63,973 bases of DNA from Nitrospirota bacterium (lineage in GTDB: Bacteria; Nitrospirota; Thermodesulfovibrionia; Thermodesulfovibrionales; SM23-35): NCBI GenBank assembly GCA_013388435.1, contig JACAFE010000030.1, forward strand, positions 1 to 63,973, read 5' to 3'. The notes under the pieces are model-generated. The model had not been told where the DNA came from and did not search any database. It was given only the letters and a program-made list of their open reading frames with translations. This document shows positions 20,601-30,620 of the stretch, piece after piece; the first letter of the stretch is position 1; each line of letters starts with the position of its first letter. Made by a program: the position numbers and the translations under genes.

Positions 20601-21835
20601 CCGGTATGATGATTTCATTCTTAAATGTCGGGCTGAATGAAGAAATTGTCGAAGGTCTAATAAAAAGAACCAGCAAACCATGGTTTGCATGGGATTGTTA
20701 TAGAAGATTTATGCAGTGCTGGGGAATGTCTTATGGAATGGAAAGAGACAAATTCGATGCATTAATGAATTTACAAAAAAGCAAGTATCATGTATTGAAA
20801 AAAATACAATTCTCACCCGAACAAATGAAAGAATTAGCTCTATCTTACAGAAAAGCTGTTGAAGAAAACGGAATACATATTTATGATGAACCAATGAAAC
20901 AGCTTTTTGTTGCTATTGAACAGGTTTTCAAATCCTGGTCATCCAAAAAAGCTCAGGCTTTCCGTGAAATTATGGGAATTTCAGAAAACTGGGGTACAGC
21001 AGTAATAGTTCAGGCAATGGTTTACGGTAACCTTGATACGAACTCAGGCACAGGAGTGCTTTTCACACGTAATCCCCTTGAGACAGGCGATAGAGTAGTG
21101 CTATGGGGAGATTATGCAACCGGAGCTCAGGGTGAAGATATAGTTTCAGGACTCGTAACAACACTCCCTATTTCCAACGAGCAAAAACCTTCAGAGGAAA
21201 GGATTACAGAAGTTTCATTTGAAGAAAAATTTCCTGAAAATTATAATGCACTACTAAAAATTGCCAAAGATCTCATTTATAACGAAAGATGGAGCGCGCA
21301 GGAAATTGAATTTACATTTGAAGGTTCGTCCCCTGAAAATCTTTTTATACTACAGACAAGAGATATGGCAATTACAAGACGCGAAACCTTCATGGCTTTT
21401 GAACCCTCTGAAGAACTTACTTCAAGCTATTTATCGAGAGGTATTGGAGTTGGTGGCGGTGCTTTAAGCGGCAGGGTTGTATTCGACCTTGATGAGATAC
21501 AGGAATTCAGAAAAAACGAACCTGATACTCCATTAATCCTTATCAGGTCTGATACTGTTCCAGATGATATAAGGCATATTTCCGCGGCAGACGGTATTTT
21601 GACTGCGCGTGGAGGTTCAACATCTCATGCTTCTATTATCGCAAATCGTCTCGGAAAAACATGTGTGGTGGGTTGCAATAATCTAATAGTTCTGGAACAG
21701 GAGAAAAAATGTATTCTAAACAAAAAAATAATCAATGCCGGCGATTTTCTGAGCATTGATGGAAGAAATGGCGCGGTTTACGAAGGAGTTCATAACACAA
21801 AAGAAATTAGAGCGGAGATTCCGGGAAAAGTATAA
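17669..21835 (+). CDS. PPDK-like protein: about 890-aa unknown helical N-terminus, ATP-grasp domain and phospho-His domain, with no PEP/pyruvate TIM barrel
   Basis: LGNKGHNL (about aa 896), VPPGFIITT, SVRSGSAISMPGMM, VQAMVYGN, SGTGVLFTRNP, QGEDIVSG and LQTR, then GGSTSH (His1320). The protein ends 68 aa later. Confidence 0.85.
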   Translation: MTENTLVLKITEFDILRDVVKDYPGIVGSAESLINDLNNPEIKLADVLKNMRNYALKNFYLYNQHEKGPKVTETIMNFFFNALSSPDISIHYSAIENILVYLEKILMDTTTGLDRCSSVLSECFLKLLELPDEFFIIIIENQHQLKKHGQILLEKIHNQIDLNIFNKLLKRFFKETYSYWLKQKDPLLWLKENNYFQLPEDKHEKIEEIFYPISHSNLTELLNELNSIDNIEHEIIRLKELVKFPGFIQIARFYEEIGAKLSLTGDVIRDLNIKILYLLMIMDTHGLSSIHENTLREINRTISNIVRLGEPDQIKEALSEIFQVFQQSFKKYPETALYCIQITGNALYGKGISSLVEWYLQKIVSLGFQYPDIKGVSDEWQVKANRAHLKNIRVWLELIENNPKWSKQLISGLIINLSLGGVHISDTDIFQKDITKLLNSDIKPVYHLIKQLSKLFPVYFSEIGAEGPLREVSTEIDEITHRNDKLVHFLRKQSHADSSARVVDFIEAVIHFWLTKDKTNLKDFLYEELYNRLESSGEYYDELHIIFKKIFSGKGIKYISDLLYLTEDEIILLTDNIQEVSDREKRRAYLAIKFYQLLHKKYRFDIKDIKEQLIYAHSLGLPATDSLISILDEGNIAQRLEAVLNYLEKLKEIILSPEKYEPVENIFRKRHIAAGMPSMYGKYHERKFDALSMSYRLENLANILFEDLLHSINLKFITRATLFKIQKYATLFFKALQIDGISSNRFENNLELLTVALEVRRFSFSQYIDIFRGFSEAVQDILNTYYSSVYKNNLKQIILNIGTEHILSKYLHTEKSVNDSEFINKISEQFLREIVASSFGLQQLDSFISRILKTLFEQAEGLDIQTLDLLMSYDPKKALSGIHIPNQVTFDRIHLGNKGHNLVKLASLKIPVPPGFIITTEVFRCEKAISRFRYVREHLEEGIKKHLSVLEKQTGKSFGDPDNPLVVSVRSGSAISMPGMMISFLNVGLNEEIVEGLIKRTSKPWFAWDCYRRFMQCWGMSYGMERDKFDALMNLQKSKYHVLKKIQFSPEQMKELALSYRKAVEENGIHIYDEPMKQLFVAIEQVFKSWSSKKAQAFREIMGISENWGTAVIVQAMVYGNLDTNSGTGVLFTRNPLETGDRVVLWGDYATGAQGEDIVSGLVTTLPISNEQKPSEERITEVSFEEKFPENYNALLKIAKDLIYNERWSAQEIEFTFEGSSPENLFILQTRDMAITRRETFMAFEPSEELTSSYLSRGIGVGGGALSGRVVFDLDEIQEFRKNEPDTPLILIRSDTVPDDIRHISAADGILTARGGSTSHASIIANRLGKTCVVGCNNLIVLEQEKKCILNKKIINAGDFLSIDGRNGAVYEGVHNTKEIRAEIPGKV

Positions 21836-21919
21836 TAAATAATTATTCTCTATTTTGGACAGAATATCATTTTAGAGTTATAATTGTATCATTATAAAAT
21901 AATTTAAAAGGGGTGAAAT

Positions 21920-23203
21920 ATGTCAGAAAGGAGCAAAGTATCCATGTTATCAAATAGCAAAAAGATTCTCGGTATCAATGGGTTTGGCAGGATAGGTAAA
22001 TTAAGCCTCTGGAATCATATTGGAAGAAAATATTTTTCCGAAATAGTTGTTAATATAGGCAGAAAAGCTGGAACAAGTCTGAGAGATATAGCCCTTTATA
22101 TAGAAAAAGATTCCACATACGGTTCATTGCAATCCTATCTCTATGGTTACAAGGCTAACAGAATTATTGAAAACATTAATGAAGACAAAGGAACAATGAC
22201 AATAGATGGTATTCCTGTAACTATTTTAAGAGAAGCACGCAATCCGAGAGACATTAAATGGAAAGAACACGGTGTTAAGGTCGTTGTTGAAGCTACAGGA
22301 AAATTTAAAGATCCCGCTGCAATGCCTGATTCAAAAGAAGGTTCTGCAAGAGGACATATAGAAGCTGGTGCTGAAAAGGTTATAGTATCGGCACCTTTTA
22401 AGATTAAAGAAAAGGGTATAAAAATGCCCGAAGACGCAATTACTATTGTTATCGGAATAAATGATGATAAATATGATCACACCAGACACCATATAATTTC
22501 AGCAGCTTCATGTACTACAACATGTCTTTCTTACATGATAAAACCTCTACTTGATTATTTTGGACCTCAAAAAATACTTAGTGCCTCAATGGCAACAGTA
22601 CATGCTGCCACTGGCACACAACAGGTTCTCGACAGACTGCCAGGCGCTGGTGCAACTGACTTAAGAAAAAATCGCAGCATTATGAATAATATTATTCTTA
22701 CAACAACAGGTGCTGCCAAGACACTCGCACTTGTTATTCCTGAAATGCAGCAAATTGGATTTATAGCAGAATCAGTAAGAGTTCCTATTTCAACAGGCTC
22801 TTTGATCATTCTCGTGCTTGCTTTATGTGAAGAACCCGGGAAACCACCTGTTATCACAAGAAAGCTATTGAATGATATTTACAAAAATGCAGAGGAAAAG
22901 GAAAAAAGAGGATATATAAAATATACCGAAGAACAAAATGTATCCTCGGATATAATAGGACATTACGGACCAGCTACTATTATCGAAGGAAGCGAAACAC
23001 ATACAAGAACAGCGAATATGACTCTTGATTTATCCAGTTTATATAATATTCCACCTGATCAGTTTAAAGGAAAAATCCCAGCCACCATCGAAATACCTGT
23101 AACACAGGCAGTAATTTACGGCTGGTATGATAATGAATTAGGTAGTTACACCAATATGCTCGGGGATCTGACAGTTAAAATAGCATCCAAAGTTTATGAT
23201 TAA
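21920..23203 (+). CDS. gap: Type I glyceraldehyde-3-phosphate dehydrogenase, long variant
   Basis: Motifs GINGFGRIG, EATGKF, SAASCTTTCL, TTTGAAK and WYDNE. Confidence 0.9.
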   Translation: MSERSKVSMLSNSKKILGINGFGRIGKLSLWNHIGRKYFSEIVVNIGRKAGTSLRDIALYIEKDSTYGSLQSYLYGYKANRIIENINEDKGTMTIDGIPVTILREARNPRDIKWKEHGVKVVVEATGKFKDPAAMPDSKEGSARGHIEAGAEKVIVSAPFKIKEKGIKMPEDAITIVIGINDDKYDHTRHHIISAASCTTTCLSYMIKPLLDYFGPQKILSASMATVHAATGTQQVLDRLPGAGATDLRKNRSIMNNIILTTTGAAKTLALVIPEMQQIGFIAESVRVPISTGSLIILVLALCEEPGKPPVITRKLLNDIYKNAEEKEKRGYIKYTEEQNVSSDIIGHYGPATIIEGSETHTRTANMTLDLSSLYNIPPDQFKGKIPATIEIPVTQAVIYGWYDNELGSYTNMLGDLTVKIASKVYD

Positions 23204-23476
23204 ATTGTGTAAGGAATAATTCATCAGGCCGGTAAGTTATTAAGCTGACAATTTGTAAAAGTAGAGAGCAAAGAGCAAAAACGCATTCTGTTTTAACATT
23301 ACTACCTTTTATAGAATGGAAACAGATAATACTTGGGAACAGATGCCGAAACCAATTTTTCTGGATTCTATATTTAACCAATTGAGCTATAACATTTTAT
23401 TGGATTTATACCTGACTCAACCATAGAATAGGAAGATGACAAATAAGTTTTACGGATAAATTACAGGAGGGTATTT

Positions 23477-23896
23477 ATGCTAAAAGCTAAAGTCACACTG
23501 GTTAAAGATATGCAATTTATAGGAGATACCGAATCAGGTCATGCTATTGTAATGGATTCAGACTTTTCTGTTGGTGGAAAGAATACAGGCCCGAGACCTA
23601 TGGAATTGCTTCTTATTGCATCAGGTGGTTGTACAGGAATGGATGTAATCTCTATTTTGAGAAAGAAAAAACAGGATGTCACGGGTCTTGAAATAAATGT
23701 AAAAGGGAATAAGGCAGAGGAATTCCCCAAAAAATTGACAGAAATTATCATTGAATACATTGTGAGGGGGAGAAATATATCCGAAGAAGCTGTAAAAAGA
23801 GCTGTTGATCTATCCATGAATAAATATTGCTCTGTTAAAGCTACTCTTGAAGGTTCTGCAAAAATCCATTATTCCTACAAAATTATTAATGAATAA
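23477..23896 (+). CDS. OsmC/YhfA-family protein
   Basis: GPRPMELLL...GCTGMDV ... SMNKYCSV two-Cys pattern. Confidence 0.9.
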   Translation: MLKAKVTLVKDMQFIGDTESGHAIVMDSDFSVGGKNTGPRPMELLLIASGGCTGMDVISILRKKKQDVTGLEINVKGNKAEEFPKKLTEIIIEYIVRGRNISEEAVKRAVDLSMNKYCSVKATLEGSAKIHYSYKIINE

Positions 23897-24362
23897 ACCT
23901 TACAAAATCTCAGAAATAGTTTTCAAAAATATTGCAACTCTTGGTTTTATAGGTTATTTGCCTATCGCACCTGGAACATGGGCAAGCGCAATCGGAGTAT
24001 TAATTTTTCTAATTTTCAATATTTCCTTACATGTTCAATTTTTACTGATATGTATTTTGACAGTCATCGGTATAGTTTCTTCAACAATTGCTGAAAGAAT
24101 TATCGGGCAAAAAGATAGCGGCCATATAGTAATAGATGAACTATTAGGATATTTAATTTCTGTTTTCAGTCTGCCAATTAATTATGCTATTCTTATAGCA
24201 GCCTTTTTTTTATTCCGTTTTTTCGATATACTAAAACCGTTCCCTATCAGACTTATTGAAAAAAAATTGGATGGCGGACACGGAATAATAATGGATGATA
24301 TTCTTGCAGGAATTTATACTAATTTAATTTTACAGGGTTACTTTATTTTTTATGGATATTAG
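23889..24362 (+). CDS. pgpA: Phosphatidylglycerophosphatase A
   Basis: Motifs APGTWAS, DSGHIVIDE, FRFFDILKPFPI and GIIMDDILAG. Start moved to the ATG at 23889. Confidence 0.93.
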   Translation: MNKPYKISEIVFKNIATLGFIGYLPIAPGTWASAIGVLIFLIFNISLHVQFLLICILTVIGIVSSTIAERIIGQKDSGHIVIDELLGYLISVFSLPINYAILIAAFFLFRFFDILKPFPIRLIEKKLDGGHGIIMDDILAGIYTNLILQGYFIFYGY

Positions 24363-24918
24363 GTGTTTTATTGCAGTCGATATACCGGATTCAATAAAAA
24401 AAGAAATAAGCGATTTAATTGAATTTCTTAAAAAAAACGATGCTGATATAAAATGGGTATCTGCTGATAATTTGCACATCACACTAAAATTTCTGGGTAA
24501 TACACCTGAAAAACTCATTGCAGAAATAAGGGATAAAATATCAATATTAGCAAAATCTTATAAGCCATTTTATATTAAAATAAAAGGTACTGGAGTATTT
24601 CCTAATATTAAATATCCACGGATATGCTGGATAGGGATCGAATATCCTGACACTTTTATAAAACTCCAGAAGGATATTGATAAATCAATGAAACAACTCG
24701 GGTTTAAAGAAGAAGAAAGAGATTTTAAACCACATCTAACAATTGGTAGAATACGTTCTAAAAAGGGAACATTGAACATTATTAAAGAACTTGATAATAA
24801 TGCATTAAAAGAATTTGGAAATGTCTTTGTTGATTCTTTGAAAATTATGAGAAGCGTCCTGAAACCAACAGGGTCTGAATATAGTTCTTTACATGAAATA
24901 AAATTGGATGAAGTATAA
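24352..24918 (+). CDS. thpR: RNA 2',3'-cyclic phosphodiesterase (2'-5' RNA ligase family)
   Basis: Two HxT motifs (LHITLKFLG and PHLTIGR). Confidence 0.92.
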   Translation: MDIRCFIAVDIPDSIKKEISDLIEFLKKNDADIKWVSADNLHITLKFLGNTPEKLIAEIRDKISILAKSYKPFYIKIKGTGVFPNIKYPRICWIGIEYPDTFIKLQKDIDKSMKQLGFKEEERDFKPHLTIGRIRSKKGTLNIIKELDNNALKEFGNVFVDSLKIMRSVLKPTGSEYSSLHEIKLDEV

Positions 24919-24968
24919 AATATATGAAAATGTAATATTTTTTATAGTAATTTTAACGGAGGTACAAA

Positions 24969-25964
24969 ATGAATAAAGACAAAGCTAAGGCACTTGAGAT
25001 GGCTATTTCCCAGATAGAGAAGAGTTTTGGCAAAGGTTCAATAATGCGTCTCGGTTCGGAAGAAGTAGCTGAAGGATTACAGGTAATACCTACCGGGTCT
25101 CTGACTCTTGATATCGCAACAGGCATAGGTGGTTTTCCAAGAGGCAGAGTAATAGAAATTTATGGTCCTGAATCTTCGGGGAAAACCACACTTGCACTAA
25201 GCGCTATTGCACAGGCACAGAAGACAGGTGGCAATGCTGCGTTCATTGACGCAGAACATGCTCTTGATATTAATTATGCTCAGAAACTCGGGGTTAAAAT
25301 TGAAGACCTTTTAGTCTCACAGCCGGACACAGGCGAACAGGCTCTTGAGGTTGCAGAGGTTCTTGTAAGAAGCGGAGCTATTGATATAATTACAATTGAC
25401 TCTGTAGCAGCCCTTGTTCCAAAAGCAGAAATAGAAGGTGAAATGGGCGACTCTTTACCAGGACTTCAGGCAAGACTTATGAGTCAGGCTCTGAGAAAAT
25501 TAACAGCAGCAATATCAAAATCAAACACAACAGTTATTTTTATAAACCAGATAAGAATGAAAATAGGTGTAATGTTTGGCAATCCTGAAACAACAACAGG
25601 TGGTAATGCCCTTAAATTCTATTCTTCAATGAGGCTTGATATAAGACGAATTGAGAATCTCAAAGAAAATCAAGACACTATTGGCGGACGCGTCAGGGTA
25701 AAGGTGGTTAAAAATAAAGTGGCTCCACCTTTTAAACAGGCTGAGTTTGATATTTATTTTAACGAAGGTATATCCCGTGAAGGTGAAATAGTAGATCTCG
25801 GCGTTGAAAAAGGTATAATAGAAAAATCAGGTGCATGGTATAGTTATGGAGGAAGTAGAATCGGACAGGGACGCGAAAATGTTAAGGAATATCTTAGAAA
25901 CAATCCTGAAATAACAAAAGAAATAGAAGGCAAAATTATTGAAGCCTTTCATCTCAGGAGGTAA
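24969..25964 (+). CDS. recA: Recombinase RecA
   Basis: Motifs [26 protein letters not shown] and GGNALKFY. Confidence 0.99.
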   Translation: MNKDKAKALEMAISQIEKSFGKGSIMRLGSEEVAEGLQVIPTGSLTLDIATGIGGFPRGRVIEIYGPESSGKTTLALSAIAQAQKTGGNAAFIDAEHALDINYAQKLGVKIEDLLVSQPDTGEQALEVAEVLVRSGAIDIITIDSVAALVPKAEIEGEMGDSLPGLQARLMSQALRKLTAAISKSNTTVIFINQIRMKIGVMFGNPETTTGGNALKFYSSMRLDIRRIENLKENQDTIGGRVRVKVVKNKVAPPFKQAEFDIYFNEGISREGEIVDLGVEKGIIEKSGAWYSYGGSRIGQGRENVKEYLRNNPEITKEIEGKIIEAFHLRR

Positions 25965-25967
25965 ATA

Positions 25968-27119
25968 ATGGAAATCAATGATCTTTTAAGAAAAGCCCAT
26001 GCATTAGAAGCATCTGACCTCCATATAAAAGTCGGTTCACCTCCGATATTAAGAATACATGGTGAACTTATTCCTTTAACATCTGAAAAGAAAATCAGTC
26101 ATGAGGATGCTACAAAAGTTGCTCTTTCTGTTATGACACCTGGTCAAACAGAAGTCTTTAAAAGAAAAAATGACCTTGATCTTGCATATAGCGTTCCCGG
26201 TCTTGGAAGATTTCGGTGTAATATATTTATGCAAAGGGGAACAGTAGGACTTGTATTCAGGGTTATACCAATGAAAATTCCATCCATTGACGAACTCCTT
26301 CTTCCTGAAGTAATAAAAAAGATTTCCACGGAACAAAGAGGCTTAATTCTTGTTACAGGAACAACAGGAAGCGGAAAATCCACAACTCTTGCTTCAATGA
26401 TAGACCTGATTAATTCAACGAGAACAGAACATATAATGACTATAGAAGATCCAATTGAATATTTACATAGAGATAAAAAAAGCATAGTTAATCAAAGAGA
26501 AATAGGAAGTGATACAGAGTCTTTTAGTAAAGCATTAAGACAGGCTCTAAGGCAGGACCCGGATGTAATTCTTGTTGGTGAGATGAGAGATTTTGAAACC
26601 ATACAGACATCTCTTGTTGCCGCTGAAACAGGACATCTTGTCTTGAGTACACTTCACACAATAGATGCCACAGAAACTGTTAACAGAATTATCGCTGTAT
26701 TTCCTCCTTACCAGCACAAACAGGTGCGTATGCAATTATCATCTGTACTTAAGGCTATTATCTCCATGAGACTCGTTCCGAGAGCAGATGGCAAAGGAAG
26801 GGTTCCTGCTGTAGAAATCCTTATAGCCACTGCTACAATAAAAGACTGCATACTCGACCCTGATAAAACAAAAAGCATTCCTGATGTCATTGAACAGGGA
26901 GCCATTCATTATGGCATGCAGACTTTTGATCAGTCGCTATTTAGTCTTTATAAATCAGGTTTAATAACTTACGAGGAAGCTCTAAGAAGAGCAACAAATC
27001 CGGATGATTTTATACTTAAAGTAAAAGGCATACAATCCACAAGTGATTTAGCACTCGAATCTTTCGAGAAAAAACCTGATGACAAGGATCAAATGAAAAT
27101 TGAAAGATTCTCAAAATAA
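25968..27119 (+). CDS. pilT: PilT/PilU-family type IV pilus ATPase
   Basis: Motifs ASDLH, GTTGSGKST, TIEDPIEY, LRQDPDVILVGEMRD and AETGHL. The AIRNLIRE motif is replaced by TIKDCILD, so this may be a paralog. Confidence 0.85.
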   Translation: MEINDLLRKAHALEASDLHIKVGSPPILRIHGELIPLTSEKKISHEDATKVALSVMTPGQTEVFKRKNDLDLAYSVPGLGRFRCNIFMQRGTVGLVFRVIPMKIPSIDELLLPEVIKKISTEQRGLILVTGTTGSGKSTTLASMIDLINSTRTEHIMTIEDPIEYLHRDKKSIVNQREIGSDTESFSKALRQALRQDPDVILVGEMRDFETIQTSLVAAETGHLVLSTLHTIDATETVNRIIAVFPPYQHKQVRMQLSSVLKAIISMRLVPRADGKGRVPAVEILIATATIKDCILDPDKTKSIPDVIEQGAIHYGMQTFDQSLFSLYKSGLITYEEALRRATNPDDFILKVKGIQSTSDLALESFEKKPDDKDQMKIERFSK

Positions 27120-27564
27120 AATTAAACAATATGCTCTGAAGCTTCTCAGTTATCGCGCAAGGAGTGAAAAGGAACTTAAAGAAAGACTCAAAAATAAAGG
27201 ATTTCCGGAGAATGATATTTTTACAGTTACAGAACATCTGAAGGAACTCGGCTTTATAAATGATAATCTGCTGGCAGAATCATTGAAGCGGGATGCTTCT
27301 GAAAGAAAATTATTAAGCTCAGATGGCATAAAAAAATACCTTTTACAAAAAGGAATACCTAAAAATGTAATTAAATCCGTATGTAACGGAAATGACAACG
27401 AAGATCTTGATAATGCGATTAAATATCTTTTAAAAAAATTCAGAAAATCCGGCTTTTATCCCGATGAAAAAACTAAAAAAAAATTATACAACCAGTTGCT
27501 GCGAAGAGGTTATAGCCCTGATATAATATTCAAGGCATTCAATAAAATTAAAAAGGAGGAGTAA
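27100..27564 (+). CDS. recX: RecA regulator RecX
   Basis: ALKLLSYRARSEKEL ... GFIND ... LLRRGYS, near recA. Confidence 0.88.
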   Translation: MKDSQNKIKQYALKLLSYRARSEKELKERLKNKGFPENDIFTVTEHLKELGFINDNLLAESLKRDASERKLLSSDGIKKYLLQKGIPKNVIKSVCNGNDNEDLDNAIKYLLKKFRKSGFYPDEKTKKKLYNQLLRRGYSPDIIFKAFNKIKKEE

Positions 27565-27567
27565 GTT

Positions 27568-27891
27568 ATGAAAAAATTTGTTTTAATCATTGTGGTTTTC
27601 TCATTAATGATTTCTACAATTATTTTAACAGGTTGCACGAGTCCAGTACGTTATTCCGAGACCGAGATTCAGGGATTTCCTTCAAATATTCAAGACAATA
27701 TCCGCAAAGGTGAAGTTGCTCTTGGAATGACTCCCGAGCAGGTAAGATATTCATGGGGAAACCCTGATTACCAGAAAATTCTTGATCCTTATGAAGGAAA
27801 ATCAAGAACAGAGTGGATATATTCAAAACTTGGCATTATAGGGACAAGAATATTGTTATTTTATGATGGAAAACTTATTTATGTAAAATAA
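27568..27891 (+). CDS. Small lipoprotein, SmpA/BamE-like
   Basis: Lipobox LTGC and a GMTPEQV..WGNPD motif. Confidence 0.65.
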   Translation: MKKFVLIIVVFSLMISTIILTGCTSPVRYSETEIQGFPSNIQDNIRKGEVALGMTPEQVRYSWGNPDYQKILDPYEGKSRTEWIYSKLGIIGTRILLFYDGKLIYVK

Positions 27892-27903
27892 TTCAGGAGA
27901 TAT

Positions 27904-30537
27904 ATGAAAAGTTCAGAGATACGCACCGCATTTCTTGAGTATTTTCAATCTAAAGGGCACAAAATAGTACCGAGTTCACCTTTGATACCATGGGATGACC
28001 CTACCCTGATCTTTGTTAATGCTGGAATGGTTCAGTTTAAAAAGATATTTCTCGGTAATGAGAAAGCAGACTTTACACGTGCAACTACATGCCAGAAATG
28101 CATGCGTGCCGGTGGCAAACATAGTGATCTTGAAAATGTTGGACATACAGCAAGGCATCACACTTTTTTTGAAATGCTCGGGAATTTTTCTTTTGGTGAT
28201 TATTTTAAAAAAGATGCAATAATTTTCGGCTGGGATCTTTTAACCAATATATTTGGTCTTCCTGAAGATAAACTTTATGTTTCAGTATTCGAAGAAGATG
28301 ACGAAGCCGCAAAGCTCTGGAATGAACTCACAGGTATCCCTGAATACAGGATAGTTCGTCTTGGTGCAAAAGACAATTTCTGGCAAATGGGAGACACAGG
28401 GCCATGTGGTCCATGTTCGGAGATAATTATTGATCAGGGTTCAGATATAGGATGCGGTAACCCCGATTGTAGTGTTGCATGCGACTGCGACAGATTCCTC
28501 GAACTCTGGAATCTTGTTTTTATGCAGTACAACAGAGATGAGAGCGGACAACTTAATCCTTTGCCGAAGCCGAGCATTGACACTGGAATGGGATTAGAAC
28601 GTATTAGCGCGGTTTTACAGGGGAAATATACCAATTTTGACACAGATATATTCAAACCAATTATTGATGAAATATCATCTTTATCTGGTATCGAGTATGG
28701 TTCCTCATCTGATAGCACAGTTTCGATGAGAGTAATTGCAGATCACATAAGAGCAAGTGTTTTTATTCTATCGGAAGGATGTGTTCCTTCAAATGAAGGC
28801 AGGGGTTATGTTTTAAGAAGGATTATCCGTAGGGCATCGAGACATGCAAAACTCCTAAACCTTCATGAACCATGTCTTTATAAGCTCACTGCTTCGGTCA
28901 TTGAATCCATGGGGAATGTATATCCTGAAATTATTAAAGAAAATAGCAGAAATGAAAAATTTTTAAAAATTGAGGAAGAGAATTTTCATAGAACCATTGA
29001 GAATTCGATGAACTTATTTGATGAAATTATTAAAAAAGCAAAGTCCTCAAACCTTAAAGTAATACCTGGTGAAGAAGTCGCGAGGTTACAGCAAACACAT
29101 GGCTTACCTCTTGATTTTGCAAAAGATATAGCATTGGATGCAGGACTTATTATCGATGAAGAAGGTTTTCATAAGGAAATGGAAGCCCATCGCCAGAAAT
29201 CGAAAATCACAAGCAGCTCATTAAAGGATACCACCACTTCTGTTTCAACAGAAATTCATAGAATTGGTGAAAACACTATTTTTGTAGGTTATGACAGTCT
29301 TACTTCCGAATCTTCAGTATTGGCAATCCTGATAGATAATGAAGCAAAAGAAGAATTAAACGAAGGTGAAGAAGGCATTTTGATACTTGACCGCACACCT
29401 TTTTACGGAGAATCAGGAGGACAAGTCGGAGATATAGGTTTTATAGAAACGGTTAATTCGCTTATAGAAATAACAGACACAAAAAAACCATCTCAACTTT
29501 TTTATCATTATGCAAAAGTTCTCAAAGGTAAAATAAAAAAAGGTGAAAAGGTTCTCTGTAGAGTTAATGATTCCTTTAGAAAAGCAGTTATGAGAAATCA
29601 TACAGCAACCCATCTTTTACATAAATCATTGCGTATGGTACTCGGGAATCATGTAAAGCAGTCAGGCTCTGTTGTTGACAATGAAAGGCTGAGATTCGAT
29701 TTCACACATTTTAGTGGTATGAGCAAAAACGAAATAGAAAATGTTGAAGATATAGTTAATGAAAAGATAATCGAGAATCTTCCTGTAAAAACAGATATTA
29801 TGAATATTCAGGATGCAATGAATTCGGGTGCAATGGCTTTATTTGATGAGAAATACGGAGATACTGTTCGGGTTGTCTCGGCAGGAGATTTCAGTAAAGA
29901 ACTCTGCGGTGGAACTCATTGCAAATCAACAGGCGAGATAGGCTTATTTGTTATAACATCTGAAGGGAGCGTGGCATCTGGAGTAAGAAGAATAGAAGCT
30001 TTGACAGGAAAATCTGCATTTAATTATATAAGGCAACAAAGGACAGAACTCAGCAATATAAAAGAAATATTAAAAGGCGATAAGCCGTCAGAAAAAATCC
30101 AGAAACTATTAGCAGACATTAAATCTCTCGAGAAAGAAGTTCAAAAACTTAAAACCGGTTCTTCCAGAGATATTATAAACGATGCAATAAATTCAGCTAT
30201 AACTTTTGATAATGCAAAAATCATCAGTTTAAGACAGGATAATATGAACCTGAATGAATTACGTCTTCTTTCTGACAATATTCGTGACCGTCTTAAATCT
30301 GGCATTATAGTGACAGTATCTGTCAGTGAAGGTCAGGCTTCAATTGTTTGCATGGTGACAAAAGATTTAACCAATAAATTCCATGCTGGAAATATTATGA
30401 AAAAACTCTCTGCTATTGCTGGTGGAAAGGGCGGGGGAAAACCAGAACTTGCTCAGGGTGGCACAAAAGACATAGAAAAACTCGAGACAGCTTTAAGAAA
30501 TTTAAAGAATATTATTGAAGATACAATAAGTCCGTAA
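27904..30537 (+). CDS. alaS: Alanine--tRNA ligase
   Basis: Motifs NAGMVQFK, RHHTFFEMLGNFSFGDYFK, IDTGMGLER, HTATHLLH, ELCGGTH and GGKGGG. Confidence 0.98.
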   Translation: MKSSEIRTAFLEYFQSKGHKIVPSSPLIPWDDPTLIFVNAGMVQFKKIFLGNEKADFTRATTCQKCMRAGGKHSDLENVGHTARHHTFFEMLGNFSFGDYFKKDAIIFGWDLLTNIFGLPEDKLYVSVFEEDDEAAKLWNELTGIPEYRIVRLGAKDNFWQMGDTGPCGPCSEIIIDQGSDIGCGNPDCSVACDCDRFLELWNLVFMQYNRDESGQLNPLPKPSIDTGMGLERISAVLQGKYTNFDTDIFKPIIDEISSLSGIEYGSSSDSTVSMRVIADHIRASVFILSEGCVPSNEGRGYVLRRIIRRASRHAKLLNLHEPCLYKLTASVIESMGNVYPEIIKENSRNEKFLKIEEENFHRTIENSMNLFDEIIKKAKSSNLKVIPGEEVARLQQTHGLPLDFAKDIALDAGLIIDEEGFHKEMEAHRQKSKITSSSLKDTTTSVSTEIHRIGENTIFVGYDSLTSESSVLAILIDNEAKEELNEGEEGILILDRTPFYGESGGQVGDIGFIETVNSLIEITDTKKPSQLFYHYAKVLKGKIKKGEKVLCRVNDSFRKAVMRNHTATHLLHKSLRMVLGNHVKQSGSVVDNERLRFDFTHFSGMSKNEIENVEDIVNEKIIENLPVKTDIMNIQDAMNSGAMALFDEKYGDTVRVVSAGDFSKELCGGTHCKSTGEIGLFVITSEGSVASGVRRIEALTGKSAFNYIRQQRTELSNIKEILKGDKPSEKIQKLLADIKSLEKEVQKLKTGSSRDIINDAINSAITFDNAKIISLRQDNMNLNELRLLSDNIRDRLKSGIIVTVSVSEGQASIVCMVTKDLTNKFHAGNIMKKLSAIAGGKGGGKPELAQGGTKDIEKLETALRNLKNIIEDTISP

Positions 30538-30559
30538 TTAAAAAATCTGTGTATCAGAA

Positions 30560-30620
30560 GGTATCGAAAAATAAATTTTTTCGCAACCTCTGCGTTATTT
30601 CAATTGTAATTTTTGGGTTA
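30560..30620 (-). repeat. Dispersed short intergenic repeat, copy 4 (between convergent genes, starting at the methyltransferase stop)
   Basis: See the alignments given for copies 1, 3 and 7. Confidence 0.65.

Noticed and set aside
24969-30537. pilT inserted between recA and recX
   Set aside because: I recall the recA-pilT-recX-alaS order from Geobacter-type genomes, so it is probably conserved rather than novel.
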